Of a DNA stretch of 64,000 nucleotides, positions 47,501-64,000 are shown one piece after another. Each line of letters begins with the position of its first letter. Position 1 is the first letter of the stretch. Source of the DNA: Macrostomum lignano (taxonomy: Eukaryota); contig NIVC01002543.1 of the NCBI GenBank assembly GCA_002269645.1, forward strand, positions 62,001 through 126,000, given 5' to 3'. The notes below the pieces were generated by a model. It made no database searches and was not told the DNA's origin. It worked only from the letters and a program-made list of their open reading frames with translations. A program made the translations under genes and the position numbers.

Positions 47501-50500
47501 GCGAACTCTGAAAAATATTTTAAAAATGCTCAAAATGAATCTGTAAAAAATTGTGCATTTGCGAAACCCCAAGGCTGTGAAATTTTTTCGTGTTAACCAT
47601 TATGTCTCTTAAGCACCGCATTTAGTACCTTTGATTTCATTTGCAACGTAACTCCGCTCAGGCGAAGGACATGACCAAACAGGTGGCGGAAATCCAGGAG
47701 GCCTACGACCGCGCTATCGAGAGATTCCAGGGCCTGCTGGGCGAGGCCAAGACCGCAAAACAGCGGGCCCTCGACGAACAGAAGGCTGCCTATGAGAAGA
47801 AACTCGATGAGGTGAACCGCAGTCAGAAAGACATTGAGGCCTCGCTGAACGGTGCAACCCAGAAGGTGCACGAGAACTACAAGGCTGAGATTGACGGCCT
47901 GCGCACTCGTCTTGAGCAGGAGCAGGCAGGCCGCGGCAAGGACTCGCAGGACTACGAGGACAAACTGAAGAAACAGCAGCAGTTCCACCAGAAGGAGATC
48001 GAGGCGCTCAAATCGCAGCTGGAGTCCGGCAAAGCCGAGGAGCTGGACCGGCTCAAGCGGCAGCACGACGAGCTGCGCAAGGAGCACCTGGCGCACCAGG
48101 CCGATGCTAGGAAGGAGCGCCAGGGCCTCATCGAGAAGCTGGCAAAGGCGGAGGACTTGGTCGAGCAGCTGCGCCAGGACCTCAACAATGTCGGACTGTC
48201 TGACTCGGCCAAGGACGCTGAGATTTCTCGCCTTTCAGCGGAGGTTCGTTTGAGTTTATTTGCATTTTTCTATCAATTCTAACCTTGGTTTCGATAATAC
48301 TCGCCCCTAATCTTTGCACTTCCAGCTCAAGACATCGTCAGAAGAACTGAAATCGCAGCAAGAATCGGTGAGAAGTCTGCGCATCGAGCTGCAGACTGCA
48401 ACAGACAAGTGCGAGCAGCAGCTCAAGGATATTGTGCAGAAATCTGGTGAGTCTTTGACTTTTTAACAAACACTTAAGCCTCCTTGGTCATAGAGAACAG
48501 GGCACTTTAATGAGAATTCTCTTCTCACCCGTAGAGTCCATCGGTGAGCTGCAGGCGGCGGTGCTTCAGCACGAGGGCACGATTAAGCGCCAAGCGGAGG
48601 AGCTGGCCCAGCTGCAGCGCCGATGGGAAGACCAGGAGCGGCAGCAGAGCGACAAAGGCCGCGAACAGGACGGGCTGCTGCGGCAGGCGGAGAAGCAGGC
48701 GCAGCGCTTGGAACAGCAACTGCAACAGCTGCGCGAAGAGAAAATGCAAGCGGAACGGCAGGCGGAGGAGGAGAGGCAGCGGCTTGTAGCCGAAATGGAC
48801 TCCAAGGAGCGGGCGCTCCTGCAGAAGCAGGACAAGGAAGCCAAGCAAGCCCTGAAAAAGTATCAGGACGAGCTGAAGAAGCAGAAAGCCGGCTTCGATT
48901 CCGAGATTGAACTGCTAAACAAAGAGAACTCCAGCAAGCTTGAGCTGATGCAAAACGCTGCGGAGAAGGAGAAGAAGGAGGCTCAGAGGGAGCTTTCCCG
49001 GTTGAAGCGCGAGCTCGAGGCGCAACTGAAAGCGCGCGATGAAAAGCTGCACGAGCTGGAACGCCAGCTGCGGGACAAGGAGTCCGGCATTGGCAGCGTC
49101 TCTGAGACCATGGAGGCGCTGAAGGCGGAGAAAGCGCGACTGCAGGCGGAGGCCGAAGAAGCGGTCGGTCGCGCCAAGGTTGAAGCGGCAGAGGCAGCGA
49201 GACTGCGGCAGGAGCTGGAGCGGCTGCGGTCGGTTTATGAGCAACGGCTCAAGGAGTCCAAGAAGGATCTGAATCAGAAAATGAACGAGCTGTCCGCCGA
49301 CCTGGACAAGAAGTGGGCGGACACGCTGCGCCGTGAGACTGCCAAGCTGCGTCAGGAGTACGACATCCAGAGCAAGGCCGACAGCCAGGCCGGTCTTAAA
49401 GCGTTCAAAAAGTTGAAGGAAGAGGAGGCGGCCGAGGCGGCGCGGCAGGCGGAGGCGCGCGAGCGGAAGCTAAAAGAGGAAATCGAAGCACTGCGCGAGG
49501 CGGCTGCGGCAGCAGAGGCCGCCTGGCAGTCTCGACTGGACGAGGCTCGCGCCGAGGCGGAGAAGCAAGTGGCCGCGCTTCAGCGGGAGCTGCAGGCAGC
49601 GGAGAAGCGAGCCGCAGGCGAGTTGGAGAAACTCCGGCGTGAGAAGGACGGCGAGCTGGCGGCAACGAAGGACAGCCTGAATCGGCAGCTGCTGGAGCTG
49701 CAGTCGGCCGGCAGCGGCCTGGCCGAAGAGACGAAGCGCAGGGCGCAGCTGGAGGCGCGAGCGGAGCTGGAGAAGCTGCGGCTGGAGCTTGAGCAAGCCA
49801 AGCAAAAAGCCCTGGACGAACTGAGCAGCCGGATGGAGCGCGAGAAGGAGCAGGTGCGAAGCGAGATGGTCGGCCGATTTGCGGCTGAGCTTGACGGGCA
49901 CTCGTCCAGCTATCGGCAGCAGCTGGCTGAGGTGCAGGCGGCCCTCGAGCAGGCCAAGGCGGAGGCAGAGGCGCGGGAACGGGCGCTGGCCCAGCGCGCC
50001 GATTCGCTGCGCGGCGAGTGCGCGGAGCGGGAGCGCAAGATTGACAAACTGCTGCGGGACGCGGAGGCGGCTCGAGAGGAGGCGACGGCGCTGCGGCGTA
50101 GCCTGGAGGCGAAGAGTCGAGAGGCTGCAGAGGCCAAGTCCGAGTTTGATGAAGGAATCAGGTGATTCTGGGGATAAATCAGTGATTAGATCTTTGTTTA
50201 CTTGTGTCAAAACGTGAATACAATATTTCACACTTTTGTTCTCGCGCAGAAAACGGGAGGAAGAGATCACCGTGCATTTCGAGGCCCGCCTGCTGAAAGT
50301 CCGAGAGGAGGCGGCTTCTGAGAAGCAGCGAGTCATCACAGAGTTCTCAAAGGCGCAGGAGCTGCTAAAGATGAAGATTTTGGACTATAAGCAGCGCTTG
50401 GAGGACAGCGAGGACCGGCTGCGAAAGCGGGACCCCAGGCCCGAAGATGTGGAGACTATTCAGGGCCTCCGGGCGCGGCTCAGCGAGCGCGAAGCCGAGG

Positions 50501-51405
50501 TGGCCAAGCTGGTGGTGAGCTTTCGAGGAAATCCTTAACTAACGGGACAGAAATTTGCTTTCAAATTTGTACACGTGATGTCATTGAAAGACTTTGAAAG
50601 AAAGAAAGAAATGTAAATATCGACCATCCCAGAAGATAGTGGTAATAAGCGGCTTGAATTGTCTTAACTAAAAAGACTTTAAATACTACTGTCAATGAGT
50701 AGACTGCAAACTCGTTCGCATTTATGGAAAAGTATGTTTGAATGTCCTTCTTTCACTTTCCCCGTCACTGCAGGAGGACATGCGGTTCTATAAGAACGAG
50801 TTGATCAACAGGGAGACCAACTACAACAAGGTGTTTAATAGTACAAATGGGCCGCATGTTGGACTCGTGAATCCACTGGCTGCCAAGGTTTGTCACTGAG
50901 TTGGGTATTCACACTAGCTTACTGAGGGGCTTAGGTACAGACACCAGACTACTGAGGAGCTTAGGTACAGACACCAGACTACTAAGGAGCTTAGGTACGG
51001 ACACCAGACTACTGAGTGGCTTAGGTACAGACACCAGACTACTGAGTGGCTTAGGTACGGACACCAGACTACTGAGTGACTTAGGTACGGACACCAGACT
51101 ACTGAGGAGCTTAGGTAAAGACACTAGACTATTGAGAAGCTTAGGTACAGACACCAGACTACTGAGGAGCTTAGGTACGGACACCATCCTGCATCCGATC
51201 TCACTCCATATTGCAGCAGAAGAAGCGCAACTCAGTGTCGGATTCTCCCAGCCAGTCGGCCGCCAGCTCCACCGGCTCTCTGAAGGGCAAGGGCCGCCTG
51301 GCGCCGCTGCCCGGTTCGCCGATGCACGACGAGCCGTTGACGCCGTCGAAGCCGCTGCCGCCGGCCTCCGTGCTGGCTTCCGGGTCTAGCAAGAAGTTCT
51401 TGTAG
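44404..51405 (+). CDS. FAM184A: FAM184A/B family coiled-coil protein, ~1104 aa, 8 exons
   Basis: Exons 44404-44529, 45807-46097, 47662-48243, 48326-48446, 48535-50161, 50250-50514, 50774-50887, 51217-51405 (3315 nt, phases consistent). Recalled FAM184 hallmarks: HVKMSKKIAQLTK|VIYALNTKNDEHE and RPED...EDMRFYKNELINRETNYNKVFN...VGLVNPL. A versus B paralogue not distinguishable. Confidence 0.93.
45807..46097 (+). CDS. FAM184A: FAM184 exon 2
   Basis: CTTCACCAG|VIYALNTKNDEHE...QAQK|GTTGGC. Confidence 0.92.
46341..47402. repeat. 14-bp intronic minisatellite (CTGACACCACAAAC)n
   Basis: Direct periodicity inside FAM184 intron 2. Confidence 0.96.
47662..48243 (+). CDS. FAM184A: FAM184 exon 3
   Basis: CCGCTCAG|AKDMTKQV...RLSAE|GTTCGT. 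Confidence 0.88.
48326..48446 (+). CDS. FAM184A: FAM184 exon 4 (not in the ORF track)
   Basis: CACTTCCAG|LKTSSEELKSQQESVRSLRIELQ...KS G|GTGAGT; bridges phase 0 to phase 1. Confidence 0.85.
48535..50161 (+). CDS. FAM184A: FAM184 exon 5
   Basis: CCCGTAG|AG...GI AG|GTGATT; long E/K/Q/R-rich coiled coil. Confidence 0.92.
50250..50514 (+). CDS. FAM184A: FAM184 exon 6
   Basis: CTCGCGCAG|A...RPEDVETI...AKLV|GTGAGC. Confidence 0.92.
50774..50887 (+). CDS. FAM184A: FAM184 exon 7 (not in the ORF track)
   Basis: CACTGCAG|EDMRFYKNELINRETNYNKVFNSTNGPHVGLVNPLAAK|GTTTGT. Confidence 0.93.
50917..51185. repeat. 30-bp intronic minisatellite (CTTAGGTACRGACACCAGACTACTGAGGAG)n, ~9 copies
   Basis: Direct periodicity inside FAM184 intron 7. 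Confidence 0.95.
51217..51405 (+). CDS. FAM184A: FAM184 exon 8 (terminal; NAGNAG acceptor at 51217/51220)
   Basis: TTGCAG|CAG|AAG; RLAPLPGSPMHD...SKPLP...KKFL-stop. Confidence 0.88.
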   Translation, partial: QKKRNSVSDSPSQSAASSTGSLKGKGRLAPLPGSPMHDEPLTPSKPLPPASVLASGSSKKFL

Positions 51406-52729
51406 CCAATCATCACGCTGTAGCTAAAAATATCCTTTAGAAACTTTCGTTGACTGACTTCGAGTGCAGGGTGCAAAACCAGTTGAAAACTACTCCAATT
51501 TCAATGGCGTATTTTCATGTGCTGGACAAAATTCTTCAGAATCTTCTCGACTGATCGAGCGCGCTTTGATTGGTCAGTTGTTGGCTTTGCTTTCTAGTGC
51601 ATGTGTACTTAACTGTGAACTTTATGATCGGCTTTTCTTGTAGTACAATACTGTTTATTGTGAATAATGCTTATTTTACATTGACTACTTCGAAATACTT
51701 AATACACATATGCAAACTCAGAATTATAGATCTGATAATTTTATTCATTAGCCTAAAGCGCTGAGACTCTTTCTGAGCTTTGTTCATGCTGTCAATGTCT
51801 CAGGTAGGCAACTTTTAGTTCGATAGTTCAACACATTTAAAGTGAATGCGTGAGAGGCGAGAGCCTAATGCAACCTTTGTTATCCTGCTCGTTTATCATA
51901 TCAACCTAGTGAGAATATTTAATTCAAATGAATAAAATAACCGCTGGAGCTGTGGTCCTGCACAGGACGCCGCCTTCGCGAAGTGGCAGGCTCTCTGTTG
52001 TCGTCCGATCCAGTTTAAGCACATTTGGACTCTACAAAGAATCTGATTCTGGAGTGCGACGCCTCACCATACTGCCTGGGTTCAACCGCATGGTGCATCG
52101 CGCTGGTGCTTCTCTGTTGGGAGCCGACGCCCTAAGCCGCCTCAGTTTCAACGCCCATATAGCTTGTTATGCTGCTGGGTTACCTGGACGATGGACCCGG
52201 GACAGCAGTCCAAGTGAAAGCCTTGACCCGGCGGGATCCTGTGCGTTCTCGAGCGTTGTATTTTACAAAAAGTGTCACAGTCAGCGTCACGTCAGTTGTA
52301 GCTCAAGCGGTCAAGCGGTGCATCCGAAATGGCCTACGCAGCGAGTCACGGACCTCAGAATCAGCACTTAGCACTCATCAAATAACTGGTCGAAGACTCA
52401 GCAGCATCCTTATCCTTGGAGTCCATCGGGCGCTGTCAGCGACTATAGGGACGACTCAGCGGTGGTCACCCCGTTACTGAGGACCTCTAAGGACGTAACC
52501 CACATGTCGTCGCACTACCCGGTCGTTACCATCGAATCCGCAGTGGTAGGATGCAGGGCCAGCAACACCAAATACTCTAGCCGGCTTCATTCAAACCGTC
52601 GGCCCAAAAGTCTCTGGCCGGGACCGTGTCGCCAGGCTTGTACGTCCGGAATCGGACCTCGCTGTCGTGTTGCTCCTTCTGCTGGCTCTGCTTGCTTGCT
52701 TAGGTCAGGACGAGCTGTGTTCAGTAGTG

Positions 52730-53390
52730 TTCTTAGCTTACGTCTGATGGGGAGCTCGCAGGAAGAAACACCGGTAGTCGTATGCGGTGTGGCACGATAA
52801 GTCGATAACTCAGCAAAAACCGTGTAACCTCCTCCAAAGATCTGTCACGCTGCTTTTCCCGAGACCGCTTTAGCGTCTGGGCAGCTCTGGACGGCCAGAC
52901 CATTAAACGCTGAATAATGGATGCCACCCGGGCGTGCTGGATACCGTTCTTACGCAGGAATTCTGACATCTATTCGAGCCTGTTATCCAACACAATAATG
53001 TCTGGGAAACAATGGGTCGCAAAAACTTGAAACTTCTGGGTAGTGGCTGACGAAGTTGCAAAAGCAACCACACGCACGTCTAAACATTTGGAATTGGCGT
53101 CGACCACCACCACTACCGGCATCTTGCCAGCTGCCGCTTCAGCGTAGTCATGTGCAATCGCGGTCTATCTGGTCACGGCCAGGGAAGCATCGGCGAAGGT
53201 ATTGGCGCCGGTACTCTTTGGCAAGGCAATCAATCTCATCGTCCATGTCAGGCCACCAGAAGTAGCCCAGGGCCAACGATTTCATGCGCGACGCTCCTGA
53301 ATGGCACTGGTGGATCACTTGGAGCAACACAGCCCGAGCTGCAACTGGGATGACTCAGGCCAGCCAGTTTTTGTGACGGAATAAACTGTT
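52730..53390 (-). mobile_element. Decayed Ty3/Gypsy LTR-retrotransposon integrase remnant
   Basis: Minus-strand fragments in shifting frames: IHQCHSGASRMKSLALGYFWWPDMDDEI (Zn-binding region), HDYA...VVVVDANSKC...FATHCFPDIIVLDN (rve core), EFLRKNGIQH and RFLLSYR..PH. No intact LTRs located. Confidence 0.88.
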
Positions 53391-55371
53391 TTTGTGGTTT
53401 TAGTTATAGTTTTGTCCGGACGTTTAAAAAAGTCTTTCATTTTGGTTGGTGCATCAAGGACTACTTAACGAAGTGACTTCAGTGGTCCTTGTGGTGCATT
53501 CAGTTGCTTGATTGTCGCATCATTTTTCTCATTTTGTCCAATATTTTGTTACAATATTGTTCGTCACTATAGTTGTAGGATCTCTACCAACAGATATACT
53601 GCAAAGTATTCTCGCTTATGACATTTTCATATCCTTTACGCAATTCTGAAAGTTTTTGGTGCTCCAAGATTTGATCTTCATCGGGCAAGGATGTGGTAGC
53701 GTGGCCTTAGTGCGATGTCTACATGTACAATGTAGGTAAGAAATGTTTAACCAAAGTTCAAATTTTACGCAGCCTGCTACTACAGGGATGAATACAAAAA
53801 TGTACGCAAGAGAAGACAGCGTTGAGCATGTCAGACTCAGAAGAGACCATTTTCGAGTACTACGCGTGTACATAGTACAATTACAAAAATTACTGACTAA
53901 ACGGTACTTACAGTGCTTAAACTTTTCCCTTTGCAATCAGCTTGTCTTGGCTTCCTTTTAGTCCCAGTGCAACACTTTGTGAATAATATTTCCCTTTTAT
54001 CGACTAACGACATGCACTAATATAAATACAACACATCTGCTAGCTCGGAGTTATAGATCGAATGATGTTATCCTTAGTCTAAAACTTTGAGACTTTCTGA
54101 GCTTTAGCCCATGCTGCTGCGTATATTGATTTGGGCGAGTTTCTCAGGTGGCACATTGGGGAATCAACCCGACTTGGGGGGGGGGATTTGTTCGGCAAGC
54201 CATTCCCGTTCTGTGCGAGTGGTTGAAGACTCCCCTATTGGTCGCAGAGGCATTATGGATTCGCTGCGGGTCAGCAAACCCCCGGTCAGGACCAGGATGC
54301 GACCTGGCCTAAAGAGTGTCACTGCTTAGGATTTGCGTTATGCAGCGCATTCCCAGGCCTTCTCAGTTTCCGTGTAACGCTGAAGCGCATTGCGAGCGTC
54401 TGCTCGGTAAGTCAGTAAAGCGATATTGCTATGGCTGAATTCCATGCGCATTTAACTTGTATAGCACTCATTGTGCCACCTAAAGATTCACATTACCGCG
54501 AGTATCTCTGCGGGTCGTCCAAGATTGCTCAAATTTGATCAATCTTGGACCCGCAACAGTTCGACTTTTAAAGTACAGCTCTACAGTATGTAAGCAGAGT
54601 TTCAAGTACATTTTAGTATTCATTTAGCTCTATACTTGTAAAGTGTCTCAAGTCCCTCACCAATACGATTGGCATGAGTAGATCAACCAAGGACCACTAG
54701 TCCTTGAGATCAATGTGCAGAGCAGGCCCAATCAGCCTGACTTATTTAACAAAAAATGAATTGGCTCAAGAAGTATGCTGCTTCTCCAGAGACGATGTTG
54801 TCGCATCCTTTCGTCCTCTCTGTTGCATCTTCTTTTTGAGAAATTTCTTTGCGCCCTGGGCTGATGCAGCTTAGAAAATACTGTGCGGATTGCATACTTC
54901 TTGGAAGGTTGAAATCTACGAGTATTTTCTGGTGTACTCAACGGGAAATAGCAGACAGTGCAGCCTCCCAGAGCAGCAGGTGATTACTCATTCTATTGTC
55001 TTGGCATGAGTGCCGGCTTGAGCTCTCTGACCTTGAGCTCTAAGTTGAGCAGGACTTTTGCAGTAGCGCCCATCTGCTCACGACTTTTTAGGAAACTCTT
55101 CATTGCCTGAGCTCTCATTGTTTGGCGTGAAGTTGAGTGACAGACAACAGCAAGCAGACTTTGACAGTCCAGAATTGACATATTCTCGACTGTAGCTTCT
55201 TCTAGCTAACACTACCAAACTGCATTTTTCATTGGCTTAAAACATGCTTGTATTTTACAAGACACGGCAATACTCTTTACACTGTAGATTTCACACCTGC
55301 CGATAAATTTGATTCAGGATGCTAGATCATATCGCGTACGGTAATGCACAGATTCATGAATTCATGATCTT

Positions 55372-55775
55372 CCTCACTACGTAGCCATTCTGTCTCATGG
55401 ATGAGAGCTTCCTCACCAACTAGCCATTCTGTCTCATGGATGAGAGCTTCCTCACCAACTAGCCATTCTGTCTCATGGATGAGAGCTTCCTCACCAACTA
55501 GCCATTCTGTCTCATGGATGAGAGCTTCCTCATCAACTAGCCATTCTGTCTCATGGATGAGAGCTTCCTCACCAACTAGCCATTCTGTCTCATGCTGCAG
55601 ATGAGAGCTTTCTCCCCAGGTAGCCATTCTGTCTCATAGATGAGAGCTTCCTCACCAACTAGCCATTCTGTCTCATAGATGAGAGCTTCCTCACCAACTA
55701 GCCATTCTGTCTCATAGATGAGAGCTTCCTCCCCAAGTAGCCATTCTGTCTCATGCTGTAGATTAGAGCTTTCTC
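55372..55775. repeat. 39-bp minisatellite (AGCCATTCTGTCTCATRGATGAGAGCTTCCTCACCAACT)n, ~10 copies
   Basis: Direct periodicity. Confidence 0.95.
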
Positions 55776-56340
55776 ACTGAGCAGAGTCTGGGCACCAAAT
55801 ACTATGTCCATCTTAAGAGAGGCCGGGAAAGTGCAGACGGAATTGGCAGCCGTCACGGATAAAGCAGTGACGCGCGCATGGTTTCAAGCTGAATCAAAAT
55901 ATTAATTTGTCTAATGACCGGGGCAGACTGAGGATTGGCAAAGGAAGAGTGCGCCGCAGAGTCCTGAGGCACTAGCAGCTCAGCATCATCAGCGCAGTGC
56001 TGTGGGATGGCTGGCGGCCTAGTCTAGCGAGAAATCCGTGAAATTAGCCGTCATCCAACGGACAGGCTGAGAGAAAGGAAAATAATTAATCTGAGTTTCT
56101 AAAGAACCTGGCTCAGAAAGTGCTAGTATACGAGAGCGGAGTTTATCTAGCTAAAAAGAGTCCAACCGACCAGGAACTGCTAGAATACTATTGAGCACGG
56201 GAAGCGCAAAGTTTATGAGGCTGATCATTTGGAGCGCATGACTACCTGGTCATGGTCAGGCAGTTTACACACTGTAATATGGTCTTGAGTGTGTACACGG
56301 AATTAAACCTAAAATCAATGATTCGAGTGAAAATCTTTCG

Positions 56341-62650
<6,310 letters not shown>

Positions 62651-63810
62651 TAGGGGCTCTTTGTAAGCTGAAGTTAAAATATCAATCTGGGAAAGAAATG
62701 CTGAATGTTGTAAAATGTAAGAATAGGAGATCCAATTAATTGGTTATAAATTTCTTGAGTTCCGACTTTCGTTCCCAGCTCTTTCGTTCTCCATAGCGCT
62801 TTGAGTAGTCATTGAGCCCCAAAGAAGCTAACCTACATTGAAGAAAAGATGTTTTGAGATTCTTGCGATTTCGAATTTAAATTTTAATTCGAACGACTAT
62901 ATACAATGCTCGGGCCATAATTCGCGTTGGTCCTACTGTCAGTAGCTGAAACTCGAACGTAATTTATTCACGAAATAGTTTCTACCCCAATCAGTTTCAA
63001 ATTACCAGAGCCCCGAGTAGATGCCAAGTCAAGGAGGCAATCCGTCCCTGGACGAGTCGGCCTCTTCTGGGACAGCTCGCGTCAGAGGATTTCTGGCTTG
63101 GTTTTTTGAAATTTAGTTTGACAGTCAAACTTTGCGCAGCTGGCCGGACGAAATTCCCGGATGCGATGATTTATTCACTAGGAATTCGGTTGGGCAAAGC
63201 ACAGTAAAGAAGTGCGGCCAGCAACAGGCTTCTTACTTTACTTCGGAACACAGTTCTCTGAGCTTTTGTGAGTATACAAGATAGTGTTCTCATGTCAAAC
63301 GGTATTCACTATTGTGCTCAAAGGCAATTGCAAGCCGGGTACCTGAGTAAGCGATCCAACTGGCCTACATAGTAACAAAAGCTGAGCCAGTAGAAACAAT
63401 GCTGCACCTGTCAACACCGCGGCCTCATAGTTGTTCGGGTCGGGAGAACAGCTGCTTGTTGACATTGGCGCCGCTGGTGGCTGCATTCCTGAGTTGCATG
63501 GTGAAACAGGTAAGAAAAGAATGCACCGACATGCTGTAGCCAAGGTCAAGTGCGTCAGTTGTAGGAAGATGTGCTCACAATGAATGCCTCAATGAACTCT
63601 AACGTAGAGCATGAATTTCATCCTAAAGCATAAATATTCGATGCCTCGAGAAACTATAATTGAGATGCCCCTAACCCTGTCTTTCCCAGATCCCTGATCT
63701 CAAATCCTCGCCAGCCCTTAAGTACGTATAATGATCGAAACTTTATAGGCTTCTCGTGAGGCTCCAATGCCCGAGTGTCGGTCTCAGACTAGATGAGAGC
63801 TTCCTCACCA

Positions 63811-64000
63811 TTATTATTATTATCACTATTACACCTGCCCTAATGGCCAGATGTGCAACCGACAGCTCAGCCGCAGCTATTGCGCGGCGCATTGATGAAG
63901 TCTGCGTACGGCTGTTCAGTCCAAGGACTGGGGGGTCGCCACACACCCTCAATTACCCCAGCTAATGCTGGCATCCATTTTACAGCTGGGTGGACTGAAG
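63811..64000 (-). mobile_element. 3' part of a probable SINE with (TAA)n tail, truncated by the window end
   Basis: Minus strand reads CTTCAGTCCACCCAGCTGTAAAATGG..., resembling the recalled CORE-SINE motif CTCAGT..CTGTAAAATGG, and ends GTGATAATAATAATAAT. Confidence 0.5.

Noticed and set aside
54730-55210. Decayed coding-like stretch on the minus strand
   Set aside because: Several stops, no recognisable motif and no consistent splice model; left unassigned.
63128-63200. U4 snRNA (ACTTTGCGCAGCTGGC resembles the U4 5' end)
   Set aside because: Similarity stops after ~15 nt; no downstream stem-loops or Sm site.
63295-63549. Small minus-strand exon with a hydrophobic segment
   Set aside because: Plausible AG/GT sites, but no neighbouring exons or recognisable homology; insufficient support.

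Overview
Eukaryotic (metazoan) genomic DNA: GC3-rich exons, GT-AG introns and about 17 different tandem-repeat arrays. The style resembles the flatworm Macrostomum lignano, which is an inference, not a database hit. Three spliced genes were reconstructed with consistent splice phases. (i) A 6-exon, ~1913-aa secreted protein on the minus strand (32331-22643): signal peptide, ~11 Cys-rich repeats, mucin-like GSASTA repeats, degenerate VWA, coiled coil, two copies of an unnamed globular domain and an S/T/A/G tail. (ii) A 3-exon, 528-aa ankyrin-repeat/SOCS-box protein with an N-myristoylation motif (minus, 42276-35354). (iii) An 8-exon, ~1104-aa FAM184A/B orthologue (plus, 44404-51405), head-to-head with (ii). 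A fourth gene (minus, 13170-11522) is split by a 1-nt frameshift. Mobile-element debris includes an RTE-like LINE remnant, a Gypsy integrase remnant, SINE-like pieces and small inverted-repeat elements. Most long ORFs in the supplied track are read-throughs of non-coding minisatellites. The most unusual observations are: many minisatellite units carry or abut splice signals; an ACAGACTG-N17-CAGTCTGT palindrome with fixed spacer length in the 1-5.3 kb composite satellite, whose half-site is reused in neighbouring arrays; and the domain architecture of the secreted protein.
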